DNA of 34,680 nucleotides from a virus. Taxonomy: Duplodnaviria > Caudoviricetes. This document shows, piece by piece, positions 1 through 7,630 of this stretch; the stretch's first letter is position 1, and the number at the start of each line of letters is the position of its first letter. Both the position numbers and the translations under genes were made by a program. A model generated the notes under the pieces. That model was not told the origin of the DNA. It saw only the letters and a list, made by a program, of their open reading frames with translations, and made no database searches. The stretch is from IMG/VR virus record IMGVR_UViG_3300005326_000096, positions 1 to 34,680 of that record. One strand, 5' to 3'.

Positions 1-2
1 TC

Positions 3-95
3 TCTAGGATTGAAAAACTTCCAAAAGGACATGTAGTTGATGGAGGGAATTGGTGGAAAGTTGATAGATCGAAAAAGATCAAAAAAGGAGCATAA
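3..95 (+). CDS. 3' end of a gene truncated by the window edge
   Basis: Open frame SRIEKLPKGHVVDGGNWWKVDRSKKIKKGA* ending at TAA 93-95, followed by a hairpin. Confidence 0.55.
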   Translation, partial: SRIEKLPKGHVVDGGNWWKVDRSKKIKKGA

Positions 96-108
96 AAGTA
101 CATAAAAT

Positions 109-137
109 GAGTGCGTAGGCTGAGTCCTACGCTCTTT
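109..137 (+). terminator. hairpin / probable intrinsic terminator
   Basis: GCGTAGG(113-119)/CCTACGC(126-132) stem followed by a short T tract. Confidence 0.45.
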
Positions 138-156
138 AATTAAAATATGAAGGGGA

Positions 157-342
157 ATGTATATGTTAATTGAAAGAGATGAAAAGACTGGATTGGTTAC
201 TATTACAATGACAAGTGAACAAGCAATTAGCATAAAACACTTTTTAGGATTACCGCAGGTAAAAAGTATGTCCTCTTATTTAAAAATAGGAAGGGTAGTT
301 GATCTTTTAGAGGAAGTTATCTCTATTATGTTTGAAAAATAG
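157..342 (+). CDS. hypothetical protein, 61 aa
   Basis: ORF track; purine-rich GAAGGGG upstream. Confidence 0.65.
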   Translation: MYMLIERDEKTGLVTITMTSEQAISIKHFLGLPQVKSMSSYLKIGRVVDLLEEVISIMFEK

Positions 343-345
343 TTG

Positions 346-374
346 TAGACAATCCACCAGTGGTTGTGTATACT
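346..374 (+). promoter_or_regulatory. sigma-A-type promoter
   Basis: TAGACA-17 bp-TATACT with TG extended -10. Confidence 0.6.
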
Positions 375-411
375 ATCAATAGTGAATAAAACAAGCAGGA
401 GGAAAGAAGAA

Positions 412-636
412 ATGGGATTAGGAAATCAAATGGTAGTTAAAATCTTTCGCAAAACTAAGGATGTAATGGAGTATGCGCGTGAATTAGGTTTTAATCTTCA
501 ATTAGATCAGGGACGTTTTAGTAAGCAAAAGAAGATTAATGGTGCTACTTGGATTTTTGAAGGATTTGTACACTCTTTAGCTGATGGACTTTGCAATATT
601 AAATTAATTGTACGTGGAGGAATTGAGGAGGTTTAA
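412..636 (+). CDS. hypothetical protein (start re-assigned to ATG 412)
   Basis: AGGAGG at 397-402 precedes ATG 412 (MGLGNQ...). Confidence 0.7.
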   Translation: MGLGNQMVVKIFRKTKDVMEYARELGFNLQLDQGRFSKQKKINGATWIFEGFVHSLADGLCNIKLIVRGGIEEV

Positions 637-736
637 AACCTTCTCCCCAAATTCCCTGTTGACAATTATTAAGGGTGTAGTATTCTATAATTGTAGCAAG
701 TAAGTGCTACCAATACATAAAAGGAAGTGCGGTAAA

Positions 737-1198
737 ATGGGAATGAAAGCAATAATGGAATATAAAACAATTGTGGTTGTTTGCAGTAATTGTAAGGATA
801 AATTAGAACCTAGTTTTGAAAAATATATTACCACTGGTGCAAACGTTACTTTCTATCAATGTGACTGTGGTCAAACTAGAGTAACCAGTGAAATGTATCA
901 CAGATACCGAGATAATGCAATACTCAGGGTAAAACAAGATCAAGTTGAAAATGCGGTTGAAGTTATGATTAATCTAGTAAATGTGATGAGTAATGACAAG
1001 AGTGTAATGTTTGCACAAGAAATGGCTAAACAACACCGCACTCTCCAACAATCTTTCACAGGTCTATGTATGGAGTGGATGAAAGAATTGGCGCGGATGG
1101 ATGAGTGTAATTGTTATGATGGAAGAAATGAAGCAAGTGTGAAATTAGGAACGGCAATAGTGACTCAAATTGATAACATTAATTTACCAATGGTATAA
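737..1198 (+). CDS. hypothetical protein with N-terminal Zn-ribbon (CSNC...CDCG)
   Basis: ORF track 704..1198; likely ATG start at 737; Cys pairs; TTGACA at 659 upstream. Confidence 0.65.
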   Translation: MGMKAIMEYKTIVVVCSNCKDKLEPSFEKYITTGANVTFYQCDCGQTRVTSEMYHRYRDNAILRVKQDQVENAVEVMINLVNVMSNDKSVMFAQEMAKQHRTLQQSFTGLCMEWMKELARMDECNCYDGRNEASVKLGTAIVTQIDNINLPMV

Positions 1199-1210
1199 GG
1201 AGGAATACAT

Positions 1211-1372
1211 ATGTTGAGTTCTGAATTAAAAGGTTATTTACTAGCAGAAAGAGAGATATTAACTTCTTTAGTTTCTCCACTTAACCACAGGTTAACAAAT
1301 GATGAAAAACTGAAAGCAAAAGGTCAGTTGGAAATGATTAAAAAAATATTGATAAAAAGTGTGGGTTATTAA
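1211..1372 (+). CDS. hypothetical protein, 53 aa (not in ORF track)
   Basis: AGGAGG 1198-1203; MLSSELKGYLLAEREILTSLVSPLNHRLTNDEKLKAKGQLEMIKKILIKSVGY*. Confidence 0.65.
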   Translation: MLSSELKGYLLAEREILTSLVSPLNHRLTNDEKLKAKGQLEMIKKILIKSVGY

Positions 1373-1380
1373 ATAAAAGT

Positions 1381-1408
1381 TTGACAACCTCACTAGGTAT
1401 GATATTAT
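1381..1408 (+). promoter_or_regulatory. sigma-A-type promoter
   Basis: TTGACA-16 bp-TATTAT with TG extended -10. Confidence 0.6.
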
Positions 1409-1446
1409 ATATCTAGTGAGAGAATACACAAAGGAGTGAAAAAGAG

Positions 1447-1632
1447 ATGCGGAAATGGTTATTAGTTGTGTTTATGATGTTTATAATGCAAAATACATAT
1501 AAGGCGGATAATACCTTTCGTTGCGATTTTATTCTCAATGACCACCAATACAAGGGCGTAGCTATTCAAGTTATGGATACTATGTTAGATATGGCGATTG
1601 AAGAAGAAATTGATAAGGTGGGAGTAAAATGA
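1447..1632 (+). CDS. small protein with hydrophobic N-terminus (signal or anchor)
   Basis: AAGGAG RBS; MRKWLLVVFMMFIM. Confidence 0.6.
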   Translation: MRKWLLVVFMMFIMQNTYKADNTFRCDFILNDHQYKGVAIQVMDTMLDMAIEEEIDKVGVK

Positions 1633-1769
1633 ATTTCAAAAGATTAGCTTGTTGGATGTTTGGTCAGCATCTCTACAGATGTGTAGATGAGTATGTAACT
1701 GGTGATAAGAAAGTTGTTATTTATAAATGTTCTCATTGTGGCTCTACTTACCGCAAAACTTACAGATAG
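1629..1769 (+). CDS. 46-aa Cys/His Zn-binding microprotein (DUF1660-like pattern)
   Basis: ATGA overlap with the previous gene; MNFKRLACWMFGQHLYRC...YKCSHCGSTYRKTYR*. Confidence 0.6.
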   Translation: MNFKRLACWMFGQHLYRCVDEYVTGDKKVVIYKCSHCGSTYRKTYR

Positions 1770-1809
1770 GAGTGTCGAATTTTGTCGAAAAGTTTTTATG
1801 TTCAGCCTA

Positions 1810-1838
1810 TTGCAATGTGCCAACTGGTGATGTATACT
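1810..1838 (+). promoter_or_regulatory. sigma-A-type promoter
   Basis: TTGCAA-17 bp-TATACT. Confidence 0.55.
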
Positions 1839-1888
1839 AAAGACAGTGGAGGACAGGACAATCCCCACAATAAAGGAGGAAATGGCAA

Positions 1889-2233
1889 ATGGACATCATC
1901 AACTACAAGGAAGAACGAAAAGGATCAAAAGAATACTACGAAATGGCAATCATTCAATACTGTCTTGAAAAACGAATTAGCAAAGATACAGTAGAACGCA
2001 AACCATCCCGAAAATTATCTTCTACTGAACTGGGTGCAATCGTAAGTGTGTTTAATAATGAAAATACCCTAGCTACCTTGCAATCTTGTTTGGACTGTGT
2101 TGATGGAATTATGGCAATAATTGCAAGAGGGATAGTCGCGGAAAATATATTTCTAAAGGCAAATCCTTATAGCAATTTTGATAAGTGTTTATCCTATATT
2201 GATCCTACAATGATGAAAGAGCAGGGTGCATAA
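1889..2233 (+). CDS. hypothetical protein, 114 aa
   Basis: AAAGGAGG RBS upstream; ORF track. Confidence 0.7.
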   Translation: MDIINYKEERKGSKEYYEMAIIQYCLEKRISKDTVERKPSRKLSSTELGAIVSVFNNENTLATLQSCLDCVDGIMAIIARGIVAENIFLKANPYSNFDKCLSYIDPTMMKEQGA

Positions 2234-2264
2234 GCACTCTCTCAAATAAGGAGGAATCGCGGTA

Positions 2265-2453
2265 ATGAGTAAGAAAAGAGTGTATTGTCCTGTTTGTGGG
2301 AATACAGAAAGCACAGAAAGAAAAGGGTCAACAACTATTAGTGCTGAGAGTGAAGGGGTAGAAATGAAAACTGTTACTGTCGCATATAATTGTTTCTTCT
2401 GTGACACAGTTTTCTCCATAATTGAAAGCCAAGAGGTAAAAGAGGTAGATTAA
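2265..2453 (+). CDS. Zn-ribbon protein
   Basis: CPVCG...CFFC; AGGAGG RBS. Confidence 0.7.
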   Translation: MSKKRVYCPVCGNTESTERKGSTTISAESEGVEMKTVTVAYNCFFCDTVFSIIESQEVKEVD

Positions 2454-2478
2454 AAATTACAAGGAGGTTCAAGCAGGT

Positions 2479-2661
2479 ATGGATATTACAGGAGAAATTA
2501 ATGTTAAAGTTTATATTACATTAGATAATGAGGGTGAAATCAAAGACCTCATGGAAGTGTTAGAAGCGGCGGATGAAAGTGATATTTGTATTTCACCAAA
2601 AGCAGAGAAATTGCGGTTAAAAATGTTAGAAGTATTGCGCGACCATACAATTGGTCTGTAA
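2479..2661 (+). CDS. hypothetical protein, 60 aa
   Basis: AAGGAGG RBS; ORF track. Confidence 0.65.
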   Translation: MDITGEINVKVYITLDNEGEIKDLMEVLEAADESDICISPKAEKLRLKMLEVLRDHTIGL

Positions 2662-2698
2662 TAAATAAGTAAAATATAAATGAAAGAAGGAATGTAAC

Positions 2699-2875
2699 AT
2701 GGCAAAAGTATTTAAAGGATTTAATATTCACTTGGAGTCAAAGACAAAAGTAAAACAATTGCGGGAATTATTAGCAGGAAATGCAGAAGACGGAGATGAT
2801 TTTCAAGAAATAGCACAAGAAATTATTGATGCAATTGATGAAAAGGTAACCTTTGATTCTGATTCTGCCGACTAA
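2699..2875 (+). CDS. acidic hypothetical protein, 58 aa (not in ORF track)
   Basis: MAKVFKGFNIHLESKTKVKQLRELLAGNAEDGDDFQEIAQEIIDAIDEKVTFDSDSAD*; AAGG upstream. Confidence 0.6.
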   Translation: MAKVFKGFNIHLESKTKVKQLRELLAGNAEDGDDFQEIAQEIIDAIDEKVTFDSDSAD

Positions 2876-2917
2876 TACCAACTAAAATTAACTACAAATA
2901 CCAACTAAAATGGCATT

Positions 2918-2983
2918 AAAAGGACTTGGAATACACAATAAATAATACCACTAAAAGGTATGATGTGTAATCTGAGTCCTTTT
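2918..2983 (+). terminator. long imperfect hairpin, possible terminator
   Basis: AAAAGGACTT/GAGTCCTTTT, TACACA/TGTGTA and ATACC/GGTAT arms around loop ACTAAAA. Confidence 0.45.
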
Positions 2984-3478
2984 TGTATGTCTATCCTAGC
3001 TAAAAAGGAAAAGAAGGCGCGGGAAGAATTATAGTTAGTAGAACTAATAATAGTAATAATGATAGAAATGATAGTACGCATAATAATGGGATTTTGATTT
3101 GAATAATGCTCCGCAGTAGGTGGCTCATGTGTGAGGGTGTAACAAATTTGGTGAGTTGTGGTGTTAAAGGCTGAGAAAATTGGTTAATACTTTGCCTTAA
3201 TGGGAGGTAAAATTGATCATAAATCTTTGGTTTGGTCATGGTGAAAAGTGTGTAAAAGGTGATTGGTTGGTTAATAGTATTAGAAGAGAGGTGTATTTTG
3301 TGGATGGTAAAAGGTTTATACTTTCGCCTAGGAAAAACCGATACTTTTGGTTGGTAAAATGTTGCGCGATTTCTTTTCTCCATAGGTGGTGTCCGTATAC
3401 CAACACACATCTTCTTAAAATTGTTTGTCTACCTACCGACAAACAAATAAATATAAAATAATAAATTTAAAATTGCTA

Positions 3479-3506
3479 TTTACAAATAATATGGGTTTGA
3501 TAAAAT
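3479..3506 (+). promoter_or_regulatory. sigma-A-type promoter, early cassette 1
   Basis: TTTACA-16 bp-TAAAAT with TG extended -10 and an A/T-rich UP region. Confidence 0.5.
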
Positions 3507-3557
3507 GTCAATAGTGGATGAAATACCACACTAAAATGATAAAAGGATGCGATTTTA

Positions 3558-3782
3558 ATGACAATTGCGGATTTAAACAAACTTGGAATTTATGAGATTA
3601 AAGAAAATGAAAAACAAGAATGTGATATTTGTGGTCAAATAAAATTCCTTAATGCTGATGAAGACCTTTTAGTATGTGATGATTGTTTTGATTTTAGAAA
3701 TTCTATTAATACCGAAAATTCCTATCCTCGCCCGAAATCTTCTCCAAAAAGAATTAAAAAGGAGGTAAATAGTAATGCCTAA
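3558..3782 (+). CDS. small Zn-finger protein
   Basis: CDICG...LVCDDC; AAAAGGATG RBS. Confidence 0.7.
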   Translation: MTIADLNKLGIYEIKENEKQECDICGQIKFLNADEDLLVCDDCFDFRNSINTENSYPRPKSSPKRIKKEVNSNA

Positions 3783-3987
3783 TACAATTATCATTAAAAA
3801 AGAAGAGATTTTCCGCGAAATTCTTATCAGAGGATTTTGGAAAGGTTATGCTAATATTGAACGTTGTATGAAAGCAGAAATTAGTAAAATTACATTCAAT
3901 TCAAGAATTGAGGTACATAAGTATTTAAACCAAATTTCCTCTAATAAATTAAATGTAGTATTTTTAAATGAAAAAGGGGTGAATTAA
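3775..3987 (+). CDS. hypothetical protein, 70 aa
   Basis: AAGGAGGT RBS; overlaps the previous gene. Confidence 0.65.
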   Translation: MPNTIIIKKEEIFREILIRGFWKGYANIERCMKAEISKITFNSRIEVHKYLNQISSNKLNVVFLNEKGVN

Positions 3988-3988
3988 A

Positions 3989-4246
3989 ATGAGAACAAAT
4001 CGCGAAAAGGGAAAAATGATGGATTTATTAAATGCAGGTACTCCAATCACTATAATTAAAATGGATAAAACTGAAAAAGGTAATCTAATATTTCATACCT
4101 CCGAAAATCCCTCTACATATTATGTGACAAAGGTGAATCATTTATTTGCAAATGTATATGAAGATTGGAAGAAAAACGGCAAAGTAAAAATGTCATTTAC
4201 TAATGAAACATTACCTAATGGTGCAGGATGGATGAGAGAGAAGTAA
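3989..4246 (+). CDS. hypothetical protein, 85 aa
   Basis: AAGGGGGTG RBS; ORF track. Confidence 0.65.
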   Translation: MRTNREKGKMMDLLNAGTPITIIKMDKTEKGNLIFHTSENPSTYYVTKVNHLFANVYEDWKKNGKVKMSFTNETLPNGAGWMREK

Positions 4247-4362
4247 TTCTCTCTTTTGTCTTTCTACCTACGAACATATTTGTGTGTCTACCTACCAACA
4301 AACAGGTTTGATTTTCATACAGGTATTTTCGAGCAGGTAGGAAAATAAATTTTAGAAAAAGC

Positions 4363-4390
4363 TTGCAATATACTATAGGCATTATATACT
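4363..4390 (+). promoter_or_regulatory. sigma-A-type promoter, early cassette 2
   Basis: TTGCAA-16 bp-TATACT, then hairpin AGTGTAGG/CCTACACT (4394-4416). Confidence 0.55.
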
Positions 4391-4441
4391 ATGAGTGTAG
4401 GGAATTGACCTACACTAAAATAAAAAAGGATGGGATTTAAA

Positions 4442-4768
4442 ATGAAATTATCAGCAATGCAAATGATCGAGTACAAAAAGTTAAAAGAAGTGGTTGATCT
4501 GTATGAAGTAGCTGATGCGCTGTCCACTAAAATTTATATGAAGAAAATGAGCACACGCACCGATTCTCTTCCAAATTCTTCTCTTCATCCAAATACTCTC
4601 CTTTGTTTAAGTAATATGGCAAGCAATCTTGCTAGAACAATCAATGATATTATGTATGAAGGAATGGACTTGGAAATGAGTCAGGCGAAAGAAAAAATCG
4701 CGGAATTTGAATCCTTCATGGATGAAGATGATAAAGAAATATATCTAAGAAGTGTAGAGGGCATATAA
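4442..4768 (+). CDS. hypothetical protein (start re-assigned to ATG 4442)
   Basis: AAAGGATGGG RBS before ATG 4442 (MKLSAMQ...). Confidence 0.7.
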   Translation: MKLSAMQMIEYKKLKEVVDLYEVADALSTKIYMKKMSTRTDSLPNSSLHPNTLLCLSNMASNLARTINDIMYEGMDLEMSQAKEKIAEFESFMDEDDKEIYLRSVEGI

Positions 4769-4808
4769 GCCCTCCCTCGGATTAAAAATATAAAAGGATG
4801 GGATTAAA

Positions 4809-4970
4809 ATGATTAGAGTATTATGGTCGGGAAAAGCAAAAGATATGCCAAAAAGAATGGAGAATGGTTATACCACAAATATGACAATAGTAGAAATGAT
4901 GGGTTTTCTAAATGCAAAAACAATTGTCACAAAAGTTGAAGATGGTGTAGCTACAACAATTAGACAATAG
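4809..4970 (+). CDS. hypothetical protein, 53 aa (not in ORF track)
   Basis: Same AAAAGGATGGGATT RBS; MIRVLWSGKAKDMPKRMENG...ATTIRQ*. Confidence 0.6.
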   Translation: MIRVLWSGKAKDMPKRMENGYTTNMTIVEMMGFLNAKTIVTKVEDGVATTIRQ

Positions 4971-4992
4971 AGGGCGAAAGCCTTCTTTTTTT
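4970..4992 (+). terminator. intrinsic terminator
   Basis: GAGGGC-GAAA-GCCTTC followed by a T run. Confidence 0.75.
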
Positions 4993-5115
4993 ATGCCTAT
5001 TATGGTTGGTTCACGCATGTAAAAATGGTATTATGATGGTTAATTAACTGCCTTAACCTACGCATAATATGTATGGTTGGCGCGCCACAAGTGCATGATG
5101 AATGGTTGGTGGGTT

Positions 5116-5250
5116 CGAGAATGATTATCACTGAGAACCACTGAGAATGACTGAGAATGAGAATGATTATTAGTGAGAATGAGAATGATTATTAGTGAGA
5201 ATGAGAATGGGAATGATACTCAATGATAATGAGAATCAGTTGAGAATGAG
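5116..5250. repeat. tandem GAGAAT/GATAAT hexamer array (Fur-box-like)
   Basis: 22-bp unit TGAGAATGAGAATGATTATTAG at 5152-5173, 5174-5195 and partially 5196-5209; 10-bp CTGAGAAYSA units at 5131-5160. Confidence 0.85.
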
Positions 5251-5435
5251 CGTGTTTCTAGGACATACACCTAATAATTGTTAACAAAATATTGTGCATA
5301 AGTATGCACTATTTATTCATGTATATTATTCCTTTTGCTTGTATACATATATTCACACAATTAAATATAATTTTTGTGTGTTATATAGAAGAAAAAAATA
5401 ATTACACTTTTTTCGAAAATAATTAAAATATTTGC

Positions 5436-5464
5436 TTGACATTGCTTGTCTCTTAGTTTATCAT
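5436..5464 (+). promoter_or_regulatory. sigma-A-type promoter, early cassette 3
   Basis: TTGACA-17 bp-TATCAT, then TGAGTGTAAGG leader hairpin. Confidence 0.7.
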
Positions 5465-5529
5465 AATGAGTGTAAGGATGAACCTTACCGCAAGCAAGAG
5501 CGAACTTGCACTAAAAGGGGATTTTTAAA

Positions 5530-5991
5530 ATGACAAATGCAAACGTATTAACAACTGAAAAACTAGAGGGACTTTTAGAAGTCAAAGAAGTAGTAGCACA
5601 AACAGTAATTGAAAAAGTAATTGAAGCACCTGCAAAAGAAACAAAAAAATCCAATAAAGCTAAAAAGCCTGTTGCCATTGTTCGCGTTCCAAGTGTAGGA
5701 CAGACTCTTTTAAGAGTAGAAGGAACAGATACTAAAGAATATGAATTTAAGGATATTTTCGAATCAGTGGACGATATGGAGTATGTCTGCTTAGTGCCTA
5801 GAAAGAACAGAAAAGATGATTGCATACCTCTTCAAGCCTTCTATGAAAAAGTGGAAAGAATCGGGACAGAGGGAAGACAAAAAGGATGTAAATATATATA
5901 TACACCAGTGAAGAAAGACAATTGCATTATGATGGAAAAATTCAACCAAGATAATTCACGCTGTAATACAGTAGTCTATAAATATAAGTAA
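5530..5991 (+). CDS. hypothetical protein, 153 aa
   Basis: AAAGGGGG RBS; Lys/Glu-rich linker followed by a globular region. Confidence 0.75.
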   Translation: MTNANVLTTEKLEGLLEVKEVVAQTVIEKVIEAPAKETKKSNKAKKPVAIVRVPSVGQTLLRVEGTDTKEYEFKDIFESVDDMEYVCLVPRKNRKDDCIPLQAFYEKVERIGTEGRQKGCKYIYTPVKKDNCIMMEKFNQDNSRCNTVVYKYK

Positions 5992-6063
5992 GAATTGTAC
6001 AAGCAAGGAGGGGACACGTTCCCCTCTTATACCCTGCTCAAATCAAACATAAAGGGGAATAAA

Positions 6064-6189
6064 ATGAATAAAGTAGAATGTTTAGAACGTGCTAGAATTA
6101 TAACTAGAAGGATTAATAAAAACAGTAATAAAGGAAAATACACTTTAGAAATATACTATATGCTATTAAGTAAAAACGGATTAAGATAA
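6064..6189 (+). CDS. small basic hypothetical protein
   Basis: AAAGGGG RBS before ATG 6064 (MNKVECLERARII...). Confidence 0.5.
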   Translation: MNKVECLERARIITRRINKNSNKGKYTLEIYYMLLSKNGLR

Positions 6190-6207
6190 TAAAAGGAGAA
6201 TGAATAA

Positions 6208-6363
6208 ATGAAAACTTCAATTCTATTTTCAGTTTGTAAGAATACAGGATTAAAAAGATTTTTGCAAATGCAAAGAAATGATATTAAGGAATTAGGGGAT
6301 ATTAAAGTAATAGATTTAATCAATATGAATATTGCACCTGCTGTACATAGTGTATATAGATAG
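6208..6363 (+). CDS. hypothetical protein, 51 aa (not in ORF track)
   Basis: AAAGGAG RBS; MKTSILFSVCKNTGLKRFLQM...VHSVYR*. Confidence 0.55.
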   Translation: MKTSILFSVCKNTGLKRFLQMQRNDIKELGDIKVIDLINMNIAPAVHSVYR

Positions 6364-6371
6364 ATATAATT

Positions 6372-6397
6372 AAGGGACTATACAACTAGTCCCTTTT
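6372..6397 (+). terminator. intrinsic terminator
   Basis: AAGGGACTA/TAGTCCCTT stem plus T tract. Confidence 0.7.
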
Positions 6398-6674
6398 CTC
6401 TATGCTGATTATCAAATATAACCTACCTAGCAAGCCCTACAAGCGTATATATACATATACCCTATACCATAGTATACCCTGCACTATACACCTACTAATA
6501 TAGTACAATACATATAGTCATATATACACATGATCTGCATATAATAATATAAAGATATAAATGTATATTACAATGTATATATACATTATTAATTATGTAT
6601 GAATATACATAGTATGCAACCAATATACATTGATACCCTTCCGCCTGTGTCCTCCCCACATAGACCCGCCCACC

Positions 6675-6700
6675 TTCATTCTCAGCGATTCTCATTCTCA
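6675..6700 (-). repeat. inverted copy of the GAGAAT array motif
   Basis: Minus strand reads TGAGAATGAGAATCGCTGAGAATGAA. Confidence 0.6.
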
Positions 6701-6815
6701 CCCTCGGTTAGTGATTTAATTTGGCTAAAATTTCGTAGGTATTGTGGGAGTAACTAATAACAACTAAAATAGCTAGTCGTGCTGTGAATAAGCTTGACTA
6801 GCTTTATTTTTGGTG

Positions 6816-6844
6816 TTGACGAAGAAGTTAGCATATGTTACAAT
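6816..6844 (+). promoter_or_regulatory. sigma-A-type promoter
   Basis: TTGACG-17 bp-TACAAT with TG extended -10. Confidence 0.7.
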
Positions 6845-6874
6845 GTGCCCAACGAAGCGAAGGAGGGATAACAA

Positions 6875-6943
6875 ATGGGAATTATTAGTGTGACTATGGC
6901 ATTTATTATAATGTTATCTTTAATACTATTAATTATTTATTAA
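6875..6943 (+). CDS. 22-aa hydrophobic membrane peptide
   Basis: AAGGAGGG RBS; MGIISVTMAFIIMLSLILLIIY*. Confidence 0.5.
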   Translation: MGIISVTMAFIIMLSLILLIIY

Positions 6944-6963
6944 ATAAATGTTGAGGTGAGGAA

Positions 6964-7140
6964 ATGATTCGAGTTAGTAAAATGGATGCTGATTACTTTG
7001 ACCATTGTGATAATTGTGGTGAAGTAATTGATAGAGTGCATATGTATGATATAGAAGTTGGCTGTTGATCATTAGAATTATGTTATTCTTGTGCAGAACA
7101 ACTTAGAAAAAAATTAAATCGGGAAATGGAGGATTATTAA
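6964..7140 (+). pseudogene. Zn-finger microprotein interrupted by an in-frame TGA (7066-7068)
   Basis: GAGGTGAGG RBS; MIRVSKMDADYFDHCDNCGEVIDRVHMYDIEVGC*SLELCYSCAEQLRKKLNREMEDY*. Confidence 0.6.
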
Positions 7141-7142
7141 TT

Positions 7143-7301
7143 ATGGGAAGGGAAGCAAGCTGTGGATATTTTAATGACTTTAAGTGTACTGATATTTGCA
7201 AGATAACTAATAATAATACTTGTTGTACTTATTGTGAAACTCCTTGTGGAGACGGTTGTCTTAATTCTGAAGCAGTAAATAAATATGTAAAGGAGGATTA
7301 A
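7143..7301 (+). CDS. Cys-rich microprotein, 52 aa, 8 Cys
   Basis: GGAGG RBS; MGREASCGYFNDFKCTDICKITNNNTCCTYCETPCGDGCLNSEAVNKYVKED*. Confidence 0.6.
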   Translation: MGREASCGYFNDFKCTDICKITNNNTCCTYCETPCGDGCLNSEAVNKYVKED

Positions 7302-7303
7302 TT

Positions 7304-7414
7304 ATGTTTATTACATTTACAGGGTCAAGTGTTATGTATGTTGCCCTAGTTTCATTTGCAAGTGGTTTGCTTATTGGAGCATATGCAGAGTATAGGATAA
7401 GGGGGAGTAAGTAA
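7304..7414 (+). CDS. 36-aa single-TM peptide
   Basis: AAGGAGG RBS; MFITFTGSSVMYVALVSFASGLLIGAYAEYRIRGSK*. Confidence 0.55.
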   Translation: MFITFTGSSVMYVALVSFASGLLIGAYAEYRIRGSK

Positions 7415-7415
7415 T

Positions 7416-7487
7416 ATGTGGAGATACGCAGTTATTTATGGAGGACTTGCTTTTGGATATATTTTAGGGTTGGTGACTTTAGGATGA
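7416..7487 (+). CDS. 23-aa hydrophobic peptide
   Basis: GGGGGAG RBS; MWRYAVIYGGLAFGYILGLVTLG*; ATGA overlap with the next gene. Confidence 0.45.
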   Translation: MWRYAVIYGGLAFGYILGLVTLG

Positions 7488-7630
7488 GTGAAGAAAAAAC
7501 TGAGTGTCATAATTTTTTTATTGACTGTCCAGGGAAAACAGGATATAATAGTATCAGTTGCAGGGAATGTTGGGAACTCGTAAATAAAACATACTCGGTA
7601 AACTATTATGAATTATTGGAGGTAGTATAA
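7484..7630 (+). CDS. Cys-containing microprotein (start re-assigned to ATG 7484)
   Basis: MSEEKTECHNFFIDCPGKTGYNSISCRECW... Confidence 0.55.
   Translation: MSEEKTECHNFFIDCPGKTGYNSISCRECWELVNKTYSVNYYELLEVV

Noticed and set aside
1782-1994. 70-aa plus-strand ORF
   Set aside because: It spans a good promoter (1810-38) and overlaps the RBS-supported gene 1889-2233 out of frame
3000-3461. Overlapping ORFs 3000-3410(-), 3213-3461(+) and 3236-3442(-)
   Set aside because: No RBS, atypical composition, and they arise from low-complexity skewed DNA
6495-6701. 68-aa minus-strand ORF
   Set aside because: Translation of an (AT)n-rich tract (Y/I/C-rich) with no RBS
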